The translations under genes and the position numbers were made by a program. Positions 1 to 14,279 of a stretch of 64,000 bases of DNA are shown in pieces. Position 1 is the stretch's first letter, and every line of letters begins with the position of its first letter. The notes beneath the pieces are model-generated. The model had not been told where the DNA came from, did not search any database, and saw only the letters and a list, made by a program, of their open reading frames with translations. The stretch spans positions 8,928,001 through 8,992,000 of the forward strand of contig NC_043001.1 in the NCBI RefSeq assembly GCF_006345805.1, read 5' to 3'. The stretch is from Octopus sinensis. Its lineage: Eukaryota.

Positions 1-467
1 ATATTTGCAAAGAAAAAACGAAGGTGTGAGAGCGAAAGATAGATAAAGAGAGTGAGAGAGGGAGAGAATGTGTGCGTGTGTGTGTGTGTGTGGTGTGTGT
101 GTGAAAGCAAGATGAATAATTACAATGCAATAGATTCATGTCTATATCTGTATACACATCCGTGTGTGTGTCTGGCCATCTGTGCGTATATGTGAGTTTA
201 TGCATATATCTACATATATACACACATGTTGCGTGAGTCCGTAGACGTTTTACATCTACACATAAAACATAGGTTTATAAATCCCATAATTGCATGCACG
301 TTCCTTTACTCTTATCTGCCCGATATACATTTTATTAAATTCCAGCGCATATATGCACAGCAAATTATAAATTGTGTATTCATGTAAAGCTTTCAATAAC
401 TTGCATTTCAATAATTCCAACATGTTAAGGTGAAAACGCGTATATACGTAATTGTCTGAATATCATT

Positions 468-754
468 ATAAAATATATATATATATATATATATATCTAT
501 ATATATATATATATATATATGTATATGTGAATATATATATATTTGTATCTATATATATATATATATATATTTGTATATATATGTATATATACGATATATA
601 TATATATACATATCTATATACATATATATATACATATACTCTATATACATATATATACATATATATAATATATATATACATATATATAATATATATATAC
701 ATATATATATGTATATATATAATATATTAACACATATATATAACTATATAATAC

Positions 755-811
<57 letters not shown>

Positions 812-972
812 CATATATATATATACATATATATATAGATGCATATATATACATATATATATATACATATATATAGATGCATATATATAATATATACATA
901 TATATATATATGTATGTGTATATATCCATATATAATATAATATAGAGAGAGAGAGAGGGGAGAGAGAGAGAT
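468..972. repeat. (TA)n/(TACA)n microsatellite ending in (GA)n
   Basis: Directly visible; accounts for the Y/I-rich ORFs here. Confidence 0.95.
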
Positions 973-1642
973 ATTCAAATTAAGATATAGGAGCATATAT
1001 CTGTGTGCTTATTTGAATACATGCATTGTTAGATGCAATTTTACCTTAAAAGTACATGATTGCGTCTCATAAATATCTTGCCTGTTATAATAACGGAATC
1101 TATCATAAAAGCCATTCGCTGGGTAAATTAGTTAGATAAAATGGAAATCAATTCTGTTCCACAGCAACATCTTTTATAACCTGACTCATTCGCTTGCTCT
1201 TTCAGAATGAATGAATGAATGAAGTCAAGTTTAGAGTCATACACACACTCACACACACGCACACATATAAGCGCTCACACACACATATACATATTTTTTA
1301 TATATATATATATTTAAATATATATATATACATACATGCGCAAACATATATACGCACATATATACATACATATATACACACGTATATTCATTCATATATA
1401 TATATATAAATAAGCATATATAAGTGTGTGTGCGCATATATATATATATATATAAGAGAGAGAGAGAGATAAAGGGACAGAGAAAGAGAGAGAGAGAGAT
1501 GTGTATGAGTTGGTATCTGCACACGAATGTATGCATCTGCTTGTTGTAATATATCATATACTTAGGCCTACATATATGTATGTGATATACCATATATATA
1601 ATAGGTATATATATATAATATATATATATATATATTATATAT

Positions 1643-1673
<31 letters not shown>

Positions 1674-1745
1674 ATTGACGCATTCTTCGTGTTTAATATA
1701 ACAAAAGGGAAGAAGAGAGGGATATATATATATTATATATATATT

Positions 1746-1785
<40 letters not shown>

Positions 1786-2339
1786 TTATATATATATATA
1801 TATAGAGAGAGGAGAGATTAATACACACATACATATACATACGTACCTACGTACATATACCAGAAGTAGTATAAGGAGAAAATGATTGATGGAGACACAC
1901 ATAAGGAGAGGGGGAATAAGAGACAGAATGAGAGACAGACAGATAGAACTACATCCATAGATACGTTGATAGATACTCTGAGAATGATACTTCACGCAGC
2001 AAAACATGAACACCATATAAAACAACAATAATATTTTTAAAAGAAATCAGTCCAAACTACAAAGAATGTGAGAGAATTGTATTTCTTATATTGATAATTC
2101 AAAAAAGGCAAGTAAAATCTTAACTGCGCTTAAAATCTTACGCTTCATTTGATTATTTAAAACAGGGCTACATCAATATTTCTTTCAGCTATGTCTTTCT
2201 ATGTGTAATGCCAGCCATGTTTAAAGACTTGCTGTTTTGCAATCAATGAATCAATCAAGTAATTTTGGAGTGTATACTTCCTTATGTAGATGTTCACGCA
2301 AGGACCGTACGTGAGTGACGTGTGGATGTGTGCATGTGT

Positions 2340-2366
2340 TCGCATATATGTATATATATATATATA

Positions 2367-2402
<36 letters not shown>

Positions 2403-2685
2403 GAGAGAAGAGAGACAGAGAGAGAGATGGATATATATATATAGATGGATATATGTATGTATATATGTATGTATATATATATATGTATGTATGTATATAT
2501 ATATGTATGTATGTATATATATATATATATGTATGTATATATATATGTATGTATTTATATATATATATGTATATATATATCTGTATGTATATATATATAT
2601 GTATTATATAATATATATGTATGTATGTATATATATATGTATGTATGTATATGTAGGTATGTATACATATATGTATATATATATT

Positions 2686-2731
<46 letters not shown>

Positions 2732-2870
2732 GATATATGTATATATATATATGTATATACATATATATATATATAGATACTTATATACATATATACATAT
2801 ATATATAATATAGATATATATATATAGATATATATACGCACATACACAATATATATATATACACACATAC

Positions 2871-2901
<31 letters not shown>

Positions 2902-2990
2902 ATGTGCATGCTAATACAAGGCTGACATTAGACTCCACACTCGTATCAGTATCGATACCAATACATTTATATATATATATATATATTTAA
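2340..2990. repeat. Compound (TA)n/(TATG)n/(GA)n microsatellite
   Basis: Directly visible. Confidence 0.95.
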
Positions 2991-3125
2991 TTAGATGTGT
3001 TAACCTCATGAAGGGATAGTTTCATCCTGGGAAATACTGATTCAATATCTAATATTTGGAGGAAATGTATTTCCTTAACATAATAAGTATTTCACAAACA
3101 CACATATAGCATCAGAAGTAAATCG

Positions 3126-3211
3126 TTTTACCTCTGACGATATAATGCTCACGTCGCATAAATGTAAATTCAATTTTCATTGAGTATTAATAGAAACAGT
3201 TGTAATTAAAA
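3126..3211 (+). ncRNA. Degenerate type I hammerhead ribozyme motif, Penelope pLTR-like
   Basis: CTGACGA 3134-3140; stem II taatgctca/tgagtatta; GAAAC-agtt-GTA 3193-3204; stem I only partly paired. Confidence 0.5.
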
Positions 3212-3654
3212 ATGACCAATTTTCTGTTAATAATAAATAATTATTAACTTCCTAATCTCCATTCTCTTCTTCTGTTAAATGAATGTAGGTGTGTTTGTAG
3301 TATATGTGTATATGTATGCTCTTAGTAGATTAATTTTTACAATTGAACTCGAAGTAGTTAATGCTATTAACGAGAGGCATGTAAAACATTGTTTCAGAAT
3401 ATACGGTTGATGGAAATCTGTTTGAGGTTCCTATCGACCCTTTTCCGAAGATAAAAAATTTAGCCAGCTATTATTTTCACGATTTCCATTGTTAATAATA
3501 ATCTGCTTAATATTTCGCGTAATTTCTAAGTTCTTATAATGTAAACTTCTTATGAAAATACACATTCACATAGGTGTTTGTGCATGTGTGATTGTGTGTT
3601 TGAACACAAAGGCAAACTTGTCTGTAATATTATTTTAAGATTTTGACACGAAGC

Positions 3655-3820
3655 TAATAATTTCGAGGCTGGGAACTCGACTGGTACTTATTTTATCGAC
3701 TCCGAAAGAAGAAAGGCAAAATCGACCTCGGTGGAATTTGAAATCAGAATGAAAAATCGGACGAAATGCCACTGGGCATCATGTCCGCTGTGTGAACGGT
3801 TGTACCAGTTCATTACCCGG
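3655..3820 (-). mobile_element. SINE family A, old degenerate copy
   Basis: Recognisable aaaggcaaaatcgacctcggtggaatttgaa core. Confidence 0.7.
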
Positions 3821-3931
3821 TGCTTATATGTGATATTGACATAGTGTGAGAGAGAAAGAGAGAGAAAAGAGGAGCGACATATAGACGTTTGTGTGAACGA
3901 ATGAAGAAAACAAATCTCATATCATAAAATA

Positions 3932-4147
3932 TTTTTCTTCATTGCCCTCAAGAGGCTGCACACAGAGGGGACAAACAAGGACAGACAAACGGATTAAGTC
4001 GATTATATCGACCCCAGTGAACTGGTACTTAATTTATTGACCCCGAAAGGATGAAAGGCAAAGTCGACCTCGGCGGAATATGAACCCAGAACGAAATACG
4101 GCTACGCATTTCGCCCGGCGTGCTAACGGTTCTGCCAGTTCGCCGCC
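3932..4147 (-). mobile_element. SINE family A (tRNA-derived), near full length
   Basis: Matches other A copies; flanked by a ~20-bp imperfect TSD aaatct(ca/gg)tatcataaaata at 3912 and 4151. Confidence 0.9.
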
Positions 4148-5042
4148 TTAAAATCTGGTATCATAAAATAGAAGAAAAGAAGCCTGTTCCTCGTGATTGG
4201 TCTTGTTAGTGAATATTCTAATGAGTGAAAACAGGTGTGATTGTGAAAACAGGTATGGAGAAACAACCACTCACACAGTTACTAACATTTCATTGCCGAC
4301 CGTAAAAGTAAAAAAAATATATTCATTTAGAAATAATCGAAAGACAGTTAATAAATTTTTAAACGCATAACAAGCATCTTATTTCCCGATTAATCCACTA
4401 AACGAACTATTTATTTTCAATAATGCGTTGAATAACATGAGAATATATAATATATAGCATAATGTTATTACTTGACAATTTAGATATAGGAAACAATATA
4501 TTACATGCTATAAAACTCCATTTATTTTAAATATCTATTTTAATATAACGAGATTTGCTTAAACCTTATAAATAACCATTTTCGCTTAGGTCATCGTTAT
4601 CAGAAGACCTTCAATCGAAATACCGCTTAAGTTGCACCATACAATTTAGTTTAAGCCGAAGAAAACTTTCCAGTACGATGAAGCAAATTTATTCCATATT
4701 TAATAGCAACAATCCTCGTAGCTCGTCTCTCGAACATCACACTGAAATATGGTGATCGTTGTTAATCCGAGACATACAACATGCGATTACAGATATCTTT
4801 TCATATTAGTAGAAAAAATGCAATTCATGAATTCTTGCACACTCAATCCTCAATATATATATTGATGATTGAATGTCCCACCCAACACACCCAAGAGGAA
4901 TCGAGGGTAGATGTGTCCAAACAACTGTCGTGATTAATAATAAATTCTCGTATATTCCATCCTCCGTCTTTCATTTGTTATGTATATATATATATATCAC
5001 TTTATTCACCTTGTTTTGAAACTGTACGGATACTTCCGCACC

Positions 5043-5098
<56 letters not shown>

Positions 5099-5179
5099 CA
5101 AAGTGGAGTTGTAGGGTACCGCACGAGTGGAATTATATGCGAAAGAAGGTTTGAAAATGCAATTTAAAAGATGTTTTAT

Positions 5180-5224
5180 TTACTTTAGCGGTTTCACTCT
5201 TTGGAAAAAGATTGTCAAAAGTAA
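5180..5224 (-). ncRNA. Mutated hammerhead-like motif next to a (TA)n tract
   Basis: Minus strand ttactt-TTGACAA-tctttttccaaagagt-GAAAC-cg-CTA-aagtaa; stem I perfect, core has substitutions. Confidence 0.4.
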
Positions 5225-6282
5225 CATGTAGAAGTTTGGTTGCGTTAATTATTGGTTGTTGCATATTGCTACATTACATATATACAGTGTTTGGTAGCAG
5301 GGACATGTTAAGGACATAAAAAAGTTCAACAAGTTCCTTAGAATATTGGGCACAAAAGATTACTACAAAAATAATCATTCTCAAGGACATGCTTAAGATA
5401 GTTTCCAGAAGGAATTGATATTGGTTTTGGTATTGTATCTGTATATTCAAACATGCACAGAATATTGGTTGACACAGAGTACTACAATCCATATAAATAT
5501 TCAACAACCGGCTGGGGAGCATCCAGTGGTGCAGATGTCTTTCGTTGGGTGATAAATAAATGCAACTCGTAAAAATAACTGTTCCGCAAAGGGACTTTCT
5601 GTTTTGCAGAGAGAAAAACAGCCAGACGGAGGAAATATCGTCATTTATATACAAGATTAAAAATAAAATCACAGATGACAAAAAGAGAAACGAACACGCA
5701 ATCAAGCGAGAAAAGTACTACAAATAACCGTCAACAGATATGGATGTATAAACGCCCTAGAGCAAGCTGCACGGCACGAGTACACTCGTTCATACACACA
5801 TCTGCAAAAATGAGCATAGACACAGGTGATCATTGGTGCACTCATGATCACAAAGCAAATTATTTATCTACTTGGTGTTTATATATACACATGCATTTCT
5901 AAGCATGAACTGTCTACAAAGATATACTTCGCACTCAGAGGTTTCCATAACTTCAAAATTAGTCATATATTAAAAACAAAACACTTCAAAACAAATTGTC
6001 ATTTGACACGTTACCCACATTTTCAATTTTACGCATGTGATACAGAAATCATAAAAGTGCTCTGTGAATTTACATGTGATTAGGTAAAAAAAATATGTCA
6101 TTGGAAATATTAATATCTGACGTATTTCTAAAACGTTCATTTGGCAAGTGTTCAAATATACATAAACAATAATCGTCAATGTGTTTCAAATGGGCTCTCT
6201 TATAAATTATCACATTGCAATCTTTCATTCGACTGAATGATCGCCAGCATGAAAAGCAGCGATTTCAAAAATCTCCTGCTGT

Positions 6283-6297
6283 CAATAATAATAATAA

Positions 6298-6328
<31 letters not shown>

Positions 6329-6556
6329 AATGATAATAAGAATAATAATAATAATAATAAAGATGTAATTACTTATGCATGTATATCCTTCTATATATGT
6401 GTGGGGGTGTATGTGGGTATGTAAATGTATGTATACATATATATATGTGTGTGTGTGTGTATGTTGATATACATATGTGTGTATGTACGCGTATATATAT
6501 ATGTGTGGTACATATAGATACATATATATATATATATATATATATGTGTATATATG

Positions 6557-6599
<43 letters not shown>

Positions 6600-6602
6600 G
6601 TG

Positions 6603-6697
<95 letters not shown>

Positions 6698-6750
6698 TAT
6701 ATATATAATATATATATCTATATATATATATATATCATGTATATATATAT
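6283..6750. repeat. (AAT)n followed by (TG)n/(TA)n microsatellites
   Basis: Directly visible. Confidence 0.95.
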
Positions 6751-6753
6751 TTC

Positions 6754-6982
6754 GGCGGTGAGCTGGCCGAAACGTTAGCACGTCGGGCGAAATGCGTAGC
6801 CGTATTTCATCTGCCGTACGTTCTAAGTTCAAATTCCGCCGAGGTCGACTTTGCCTTTCATCCTTTCGAGGTCGATAAATTAAGTACCAGTTACGTACTG
6901 GAGTCGATATAATCGACTTAATCCGTTTGTCTGTCCTTGTTTGTTCCCTCTGTGTTTAGACACTTCTGGGTAGTAAAGAAAT
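6754..6982 (+). mobile_element. SINE family A, full length, between (TA)n tracts
   Basis: ggcggtgagctggc head, B-box-like gttcaaattcc, tail ending gggtagtaaagaaata. Confidence 0.92.
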
Positions 6983-7039
6983 ATATATATATATATATAT
7001 ATACATATATGTATATAAAAATATATAAATGTGTATACA

Positions 7040-7210
7040 TATATCGCTTGACAACAAATGTTGGTGTGTTTACGTCCCTGTAACTAAACGGTTCGGGAAA
7101 AGTGGCCAATAGAATAAGTACTAGGTTTACAGGGGTCGAATTTTTCGACTAAAGGCGGTGCTCCAGCATGGCCGCAGTAATATAACGGAGACAAAAGAAT
7201 AAAATAAAAG
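7040..7210 (+). mobile_element. SINE family B, 3' half
   Basis: cttgacaac...ggcggtgctccagcatggccgcag tail shared with full B copies. Confidence 0.85.
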
Positions 7211-7577
7211 AATACTTATATATGAAACTATACGTATGTATTAATACAGTACTAGTATATATGTATACAGACATACAGACAAACAGACAGACAGGCAAAG
7301 ACACAGATAGATAGAGTTGGTGCTGCCACAAAATGTTTCTTCCAGCTAAATGTTTTTTCTATCAATAGAAGTAAATCTATTATTTAATTATTGAACATTT
7401 ATATTTCAAAGATACTTTCTCTATTTTTGATTACTTGAATTATTCAGAAGAAAGATATACAATAATGGTCTTTTGTTTTGCCACCACTTTCATAAGACTC
7501 ATGGAATATTCCATCACTTTGCCTTGTTCCTACATCTACCTCACTCAGCGCTATGAATTTCGACTCTATTGATATAC

Positions 7578-7787
7578 TCTCTTTTTACTCTTCTACTTGT
7601 TTCAGTCATTTGACTGCGGCCATGCTGGAGCACCGCCTTTAGTCGAGCAAATCGACCCCGGGACTTATTCTTTGTAAGCCCAGTACTTATTCTATCGGTC
7701 TCTTTTGCCGAACCGCTAGTGACGGGGACGTAAACACACCAGCATCGGTTGTCAAGCAATGCTAGGGGGACAAACACAGACACAAAC

Positions 7788-7822
<35 letters not shown>

Positions 7823-7992
7823 CATATATACGACGGGCTTCTTTCAGTTTCCGTCTCCAAATCACTCACAAGGCATTGGTCGGCCCGGGGCTATAGCAGA
7901 AGGACACTTGCCCAAGATGCCACGCAGTGGGACTGAACCCGGAACCATGTGGTTGGTTAGCAAGCTACTTACCACACAGCCACTCCTGCGCC
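7578..7992 (-). mobile_element. SINE family B (tRNA head, CORE-like motif, internal (TA)n(TG)n), full length
   Basis: ggcgcaggagtggctgtgtggt head; cttgggcaagtgt CORE-like motif; tail gactgaaacaagt plus A-rich repeats. Confidence 0.92.
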
Positions 7993-8439
7993 TATCATAA
8001 AGTACATAATATTTACTATTACAGTCTTAAGCCTACGACCTACCAGCTTATATATACAACTCTCTGTTTAAACCTTATCCTGACATTTCTTTCCTTTTAT
8101 ATTTGGGGTTCACGTTTTATTTTTCCTGAACGCAGCTAATACAAATATACTGTACATTTTCGATTTAAATAAATTTATATAAAGGTTTATTCATGAAACA
8201 AAACAAAAATGTATACTTCTGGAAGAGGAAAAAAATCATCAAATTTTATCATTGAAAGCAAAGATAAATATTGAAGATTTCTGAACATTTTTCGAAGAGA
8301 ACATATAACATTTCCTAACTGGATTAGAAAGTATGAGATTCATTTCAATAATATCGTTTTCTTTTTGCAGTGTACAGGAATGCTTATATGCACCAGCAAA
8401 ATTATACTTGTATGTATGTGGGTTGTTTCTTTTTTTATA

Positions 8440-8955
8440 GATTCTGTATACACACATGTATATGTACACACAGATATACATATATACATACATAGAAACA
8501 TATATATATATTCATAGACACACGCACACACGTGCATACACGCACAAGCACACACACATCGATACACACGTATTTGTCAATATATCCGCATGTATATACA
8601 TGCATATATCTGACATATATGTTTGCAGTGTATATATATATACACACAAATATAAACAGATATATACACACATGTACACACACGCATATATATGCACACA
8701 CATTATATATATATATATATATATATATGAATACATATATATATATATATACCATATATATATCTATATAATTATATATATATGAATACATATATCATAC
8801 ATATATATACGTATATATATATTATATAGTATATTTATATATATATATATAATAATATATATATATGTACATATATATATATGTTATATGTATGTATATA
8901 TATATATATATATAATATATATATGTATGTACATATATATATATGTATATATATG

Positions 8956-9010
<55 letters not shown>
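8440..9010. repeat. (CA)n/(TA)n compound microsatellite
   Basis: Directly visible. Confidence 0.95.
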
Positions 9011-9809
9011 CGTACACATAGATACAGGACATCCATAGGTATGAATGTCAATGTATCTGTATTTATTGTGTATGCATTTCGGATGATGTTTGGTCTTATC
9101 AATATAGCGATGTGTATTTAGATATATAAAGCTGAAGTTATATATAAATTGAAAGTAATGCAAACAATGAGACATATAATATTGCATAATGTGAGTATTA
9201 GATCTTCCATTGAATAGAAATCAAATTGTAATGATGAGCATTGATTTCTTATTTACATTTTATTCTTCATACAGGCAGATATAAATGTGTACATAAAATG
9301 GAATATTTCAAATGTATATATATATATTTTTTTTCAACGGAAGGATATGGAATCATTCATCTTTAAACATGAAGATATAAGGAAATATTTGGGGGAAACC
9401 CATCTTCAGAAATTGCCTCTGCATAGATTACCTATCACGTACTTATAAAGAGAAGCATGCGAACAGATTGAATGTAGATGTAATAAATAAAAATTCCTTT
9501 TCATCAGAAACGGGACCAATGTTTTAACCCGTGTGTAATAGTTTATTGAAACGATTCCCCGATTTTTTTATGTTTGATTTTCTTGTTCCTTCCCCTGCGT
9601 AATGGAATACACTTCTAAAACACTTAAACAATCTGAACGCACAGATGAGGGTATAAAATTGTGTGCGGGTTTGTATGTGTTTATGTGTGTATATATATAT
9701 ATGTGTGTGTGTGTGTGTGATAACTGTCCTCTCATGACCGAGAAAAACTGTCTCTGTACACAAAGAACATCATATTTTACTCCTGTGCCATTGTGCCTAA
9801 TGATTTCAG

Positions 9810-10208
9810 CTATTCGTACACATTCACGTCCACTACGGCTGCTTCATTGTTGAGCGAAGCGGTCTTCGTCCTGTAGTGGGAGAAGTCCGAAACGTGGTCC
9901 TTTGCAATTCGTACGACCCGCAGAAGAGAAAGCAGGTCAACCCCCGACACCGAGAGCATCGGCGGATGGATGAATGCGCATCCAGGCTCAGCGGTTGCGT
10001 AGGAAGTCGGGGACAAGAAACAGGAAGAAAGAGTGAGAGAAAGTTGGGACGAAAGAGTACAACAGGGGTCGCCACCACCCCCTGCTGGAGCCTCGTGGAG
10101 CTTTAGGTATTTTCGCTCAATAAACACACACAACGCCTGGTCTGGGAATCGAAACCGCAATCCTCCAACCGCGAGTCCACTGCCCTAACCACTGGGCCAT
10201 TGCACCTC
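9810..10208 (-). mobile_element. SINE with family C head and a different GC-rich 3' half
   Basis: 10208 to ~10016 aligns with the 5' part of the C copies; 10015-9810 does not. Confidence 0.8.
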
Positions 10209-10259
10209 TGCTGCTGCTGCTGAAAGAATCTCTTCCTATTCACTGCAGTGGGAATTCAT

Positions 10260-10905
10260 TTTCGAGCCGTTTTTCATCAAAACCTCTCGAACGTTCGTTT
10301 ATTCGTTTACGCCTTTACTGGCAATGGCAACCATTGCTTTCCCACTTCAGTTCCCATATCTCACAGGAATTCAAAGAAAATTTCTACAATCCTCAAACCA
10401 TTAGCTTGAGTTCTGCAGGATTCAATTTCCATAATCATCTGTTTGTAGATACTTTGATCATTCATCCGAACAATATGTCCAGTTCTGCGTAATAGGTGCT
10501 GTGCACTATTGCATCAATGTTTGCAAAACATTCAATGACAATATAACATTAACAGGGGCTCTCAAAAACTGTGGGTTCGCGTTTGGCAAGTTGAAATACT
10601 ACTGGACATGAGGTATCCTGCAGGATTTGTGAAAACATATCACTAAGAGGATATATCATTCTATTATAAAACTGGATATGCGGGGAAAGTCTCTGGACAT
10701 AAGGGGGCTCAGTTTGTTTGTGCTTGAGATCACGGCACTTACACATTCCTGAGCCTGCGACCCACGTTGGCACTAGATATCTTACATTTGGATCATAGCA
10801 ATTGTGTTATAAGAGTCTATGAGGTGTCTATAAATTTTCGTAAAATGCCCAGGCATTGCTGACTATTTTGACGGGCATTCATACTTAATGGTCTGTTCAC
10901 ACATT
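10260..10905 (-). mobile_element. Degenerate RTE-clade LINE fragment
   Basis: Minus-strand remnant RTGHIVRMNDQSIYKQM resembles the RTE motif LRWAGHxxRMxDxRxPKQ; many stops and frameshifts. Confidence 0.55.
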
Positions 10906-10909
10906 CACT

Positions 10910-11285
10910 GCAATGACCCAGTGGTTAGGGCAGCGGACTCGCAGTCGTAGGATCGCGGTTTCGATTCCCAGAACAGGCGTTGTGAGTGTTTATTGAGCGA
11001 AAACACCTAAAGCTCCATGAGGCTCCGGCAGGGGATGGTGGTGATCCCTGCTGTACTCTTTCACTACAACTTTCTCTCACTCTTACTTCCTGTTTATGTT
11101 GTACCTGTATTTCAAAGGGCCGGCCTTGTCACTCTCTGTGTCACGCTGAATATCCCCGAGAACTACGTTAAGGGTGCACGTGTCTGTGGAGCGCTCAGCC
11201 ACTTACACGTTAATTTCACGAGCAGGCTGTTCCGTTGATCGGATCAACCGGAACCCTCGTCATCGTAACCGACGGAGTGCTTCCA
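10910..11285 (+). mobile_element. SINE family C (tRNA-Arg-like head)
   Basis: cagtggttagggcagcggacTCGc...ggtttcgattccc head; near-identical to the copies at 45551 and 59161. Confidence 0.92.
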
Positions 11286-11344
11286 GCCACATACACACAC
11301 ACACACGTTCAGACACACACGAACACACATAATATATATAATAT

Positions 11345-11640
11345 ATATTCGCTATGTCTGTCTGTTTGTATGCTTATAACTCGAGTATTGTTCATCCAAT
11401 CGCGCTGAAATTTTAAACATGGCTACACGAGAGAGCGGGGCGTCCCGTAATGTAAAAGCATTTTCAAAATTGTTAGTTTCAAAGTGAGAGTCGCTATTTT
11501 TGTAATCTATTTTTCCTGTTTGTTCCGCCATTTAAAGCAACGAGTTTGCACAGACAACCGGCACATATCATTCATTTCGCCAGCAATAAGGTGAGTACAA
11601 GATGACAGTCAGCCAAACCCGTAGCTATGATGACTCTCTT
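11345..11640 (+). mobile_element. Possible Helitron/HINE-like 5' fragment
   Basis: tgtctgtctgtttgt...ataactcgag...ccaatcgcgctgaaatttt resembles non-autonomous rolling-circle elements; no 3' CTAG end found. Confidence 0.35.
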
Positions 11641-11716
11641 GTTTCCTTTTTCTGTCTCTCTCATGATGTCCGATTCCACTTGAAGTTGTATATATTATAT
11701 TATATATGTATATATA

Positions 11717-11767
<51 letters not shown>

Positions 11768-11857
11768 ATATAATATATATATATATATATACTTTGATAC
11801 TTTGATAGGTTTCGGCCATTATTGGCCCAGGCCATCTAACTTATTAGCACCACCTGG

Positions 11858-11890
<33 letters not shown>

Positions 11891-12443
11891 GTGTTAAGAT
11901 TTATTAACAATTAATTGTCCTTATTGAGAAGGAACAGTCAAAAATGACCACCACATACAATCACTAAACATCCCCACTACTTAACAGCGTCCAAGTTAAC
12001 TCTCTTCACCTTTACAGCTGACATGAAAAACAACGCAAAAAAGAGAAAACAAATTGATTGCTAATAAAACGCGTAAAATTTTTGGGTTAATAATATTAAT
12101 CTTTAGTTACAATTTCTCATTCAAACTACATGAGAAGCAGAAATGCCGGATTAAGACAGTAGGGTGTTTTGAGGGAGCTTTGGCTGCTATTTCTAATAGG
12201 TCTGACCACCATGTAGAGGTTTCCGTCATTGGCTCATACATACATATATACATAAAATCGCAAGAAAATACTTAAAGCAACAGCCGTCAAATACAAAAGC
12301 CAAGGTCCATGCAGTGGACATGAGCCAAAATAAATTCCAACTTCTTGCCTAATGCGAGCCCAGAACAATGTTTTATCTCTTACACTATTTCAGTATTACG
12401 TCTCTAGTGTAATGTGTGATGATACTTTCAGCTTGAAAGATGT

Positions 12444-12637
12444 TAGTTAGTTAGTTAGTTAATTTGGCTCAAAAGCAAATAGCAAGGCCATGTAGGGGGA
12501 CATGGAGTTAAGTACAGGGTGGTGTTCATGTAAAGAGTTCAGACCACTTGAGGTCAAGGGAGGCTTTGAACAAAGCGGTCGTCGGCATCTTCACCACCTC
12601 GTCTGGCAGCTTGTTCCACGGATCCGCAACCCGGACG
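12444..12637 (-). mobile_element. 5'-truncated CR1 LINE 3' end
   Basis: VRVADPWNKLPDEVVKMPTTALFKASLDLKW is a CR1-type ORF2 C-terminus; (TAAC)n tail; possible 6-bp TSD agatgt at 12438 and 12638. Confidence 0.85.
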
Positions 12638-13014
12638 AGATGTCTGCACCTTTCCTTTATTTTCGTAAAATACTGTAATGGGAAAATCCTCCGTCGCAAT
12701 TCACGATGAATATTTGATTTTTCCATCAACTGTATTTGTACTGGAGAGATTAACGGATTAATAGCTATGTATTCTGCAGGTATGTAAACCTTACGCGGAA
12801 TTACGGTAACATTCTGTAACAAGGTTAAATACGTCTGAAATTCTAAATACCAAGGAACAGGGATACGGCCGTGGGCTGGTACTTTATCTGTCAAGAATGT
12901 TACCATTGTTTCCATTTATCAACAGTAACTACGCAAACCAATAGGTCTTAATGTCAATTGAAAATTATTCAACTCGACGCTCTAATGAATTTTCCGATTC
13001 CTCACTTTGAAAGA

Positions 13015-13330
13015 CTGGTTTCAAATTTTGGTAAGAGTCCAGTAATTTCGACAGAGGGAGAAAGTCAATTACATCGACCCCAGTTCTCAAGTTGTAATTA
13101 TTTTATCGATATCGAAAGGATGAAAGGCAAAGTTGACATATATATCTTTACTACCCACAAAGGGCTAAACATAGAGGAGACAAACAAGGACAGACAAAGG
13201 GATTAAGTCGATTACATCGACCCCAGTGTGAAACTGGCACTTTATTTATCGACCCCGAAAGGATGAAAGGCAAAGTCGACATAGTCGGCCTGTGAGCTCG
13301 GGACGTGAAGACAGACGAAATGCCGCAAAG
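13015..13330 (-). mobile_element. Nested or tandem SINE A fragments
   Basis: Two gaaaggatgaaaggcaaagt cores and two different tails. Confidence 0.8.
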
Positions 13331-14279
13331 TCAGTAAGTCGCCATGTCACCTTGAAATAATGATGGAACATAAATTGTTGTTTCTTCGTTTCATAGTCTG
13401 AAGATATTCATTTGATCAAATGAAGAATATTTCAGTGATTTTAGTGCTAATTATGGTTTTACTGAGACATTCAATGTCTTCAAATTTTAATAACTTTGTT
13501 ACCTTCTTCAACAAATTAAAACTTTCAAACATATATGTACTGTTTTAATTCAATTCATCAAACAACGAAAAGAAAACAGGTAAAAAAAAACAAATTAGTT
13601 TCAAGTTGCTTTACTTTCTAATATCGTTCTGCATCTGCAGCATTGGCACCTCAATCATTTAGCCTAACATTTCATTTCGTAGTGATGTAATCATCGGTTT
13701 AATTAGAACATTAATATGAAATATGACTGCTTATTACATGTCAGTAACTCGATATGGTGTTTGGCTCATAATTATAGCTTTATTCGAAAAAGTAATTGGG
13801 CTTACTATAACCTTTCTATCTGATGCAGACATAAAATAATGTAATCACCGCAAATCATTGTTAAAAGTCTAACTTTTTCTGACAATTTCAATGGTTTTTG
13901 AAATATTTATTTTTGGTTTTTTTTATGTTCTTTCATATTGTTTCTCTCGTTGTAAAATGTGAAAGCTTATTACGTTTTGCACCTTACCAGACACACAGAC
14001 ACACTTAAAATGACTTGAATTGGAATTTCTTGATTTAACTATTCTTCGCACATACTTTTTTTTTTTTTTAAATTTCACTGCAAAACGACACAATGTTTGT
14101 AATTGCGTGTTACACACGTGATCTGACAAAATGAAATGAGATTAATTACGTGAAATTCTAAATTTTAGGGTTGTAACGGTTTCGTAATCACCAAAAGCCA
14201 ACAAATTCTTATGTGTTAATTTACATTTATTGAATCAGATGTTTTTTTTTTATCTTACGTCCTTTACTTGTTTCAGTTA

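Noticed and set aside
5274-5705. 143-aa hydrophobic ORF
   Set aside because: No recognisable motif and a non-ATG start; composition fits the antisense of A-rich repeat-derived DNA.
9335-9440. Possible Penelope GIY-YIG remnant (FNGRIWNHSS)
   Set aside because: Too short and degenerate to support.
10910-10985. tRNA-Arg(TCG)-like sequence, also at 45560, 59161 and 10208 (minus)
   Set aside because: It is the head of a dispersed SINE, continuous with SINE body and TSDs; no proper acceptor stem.
11800-11850. Half hammerhead on the minus strand (ggcc-aataat-ggcc-GAAAC)
   Set aside because: No CUGANGA box or stem I.
12526-12915. 129-aa ORF as a host gene
   Set aside because: Only the last ~35 aa are recognisable (CR1 ORF2 end); the rest is chance read-in from flanking DNA beyond the TSD.
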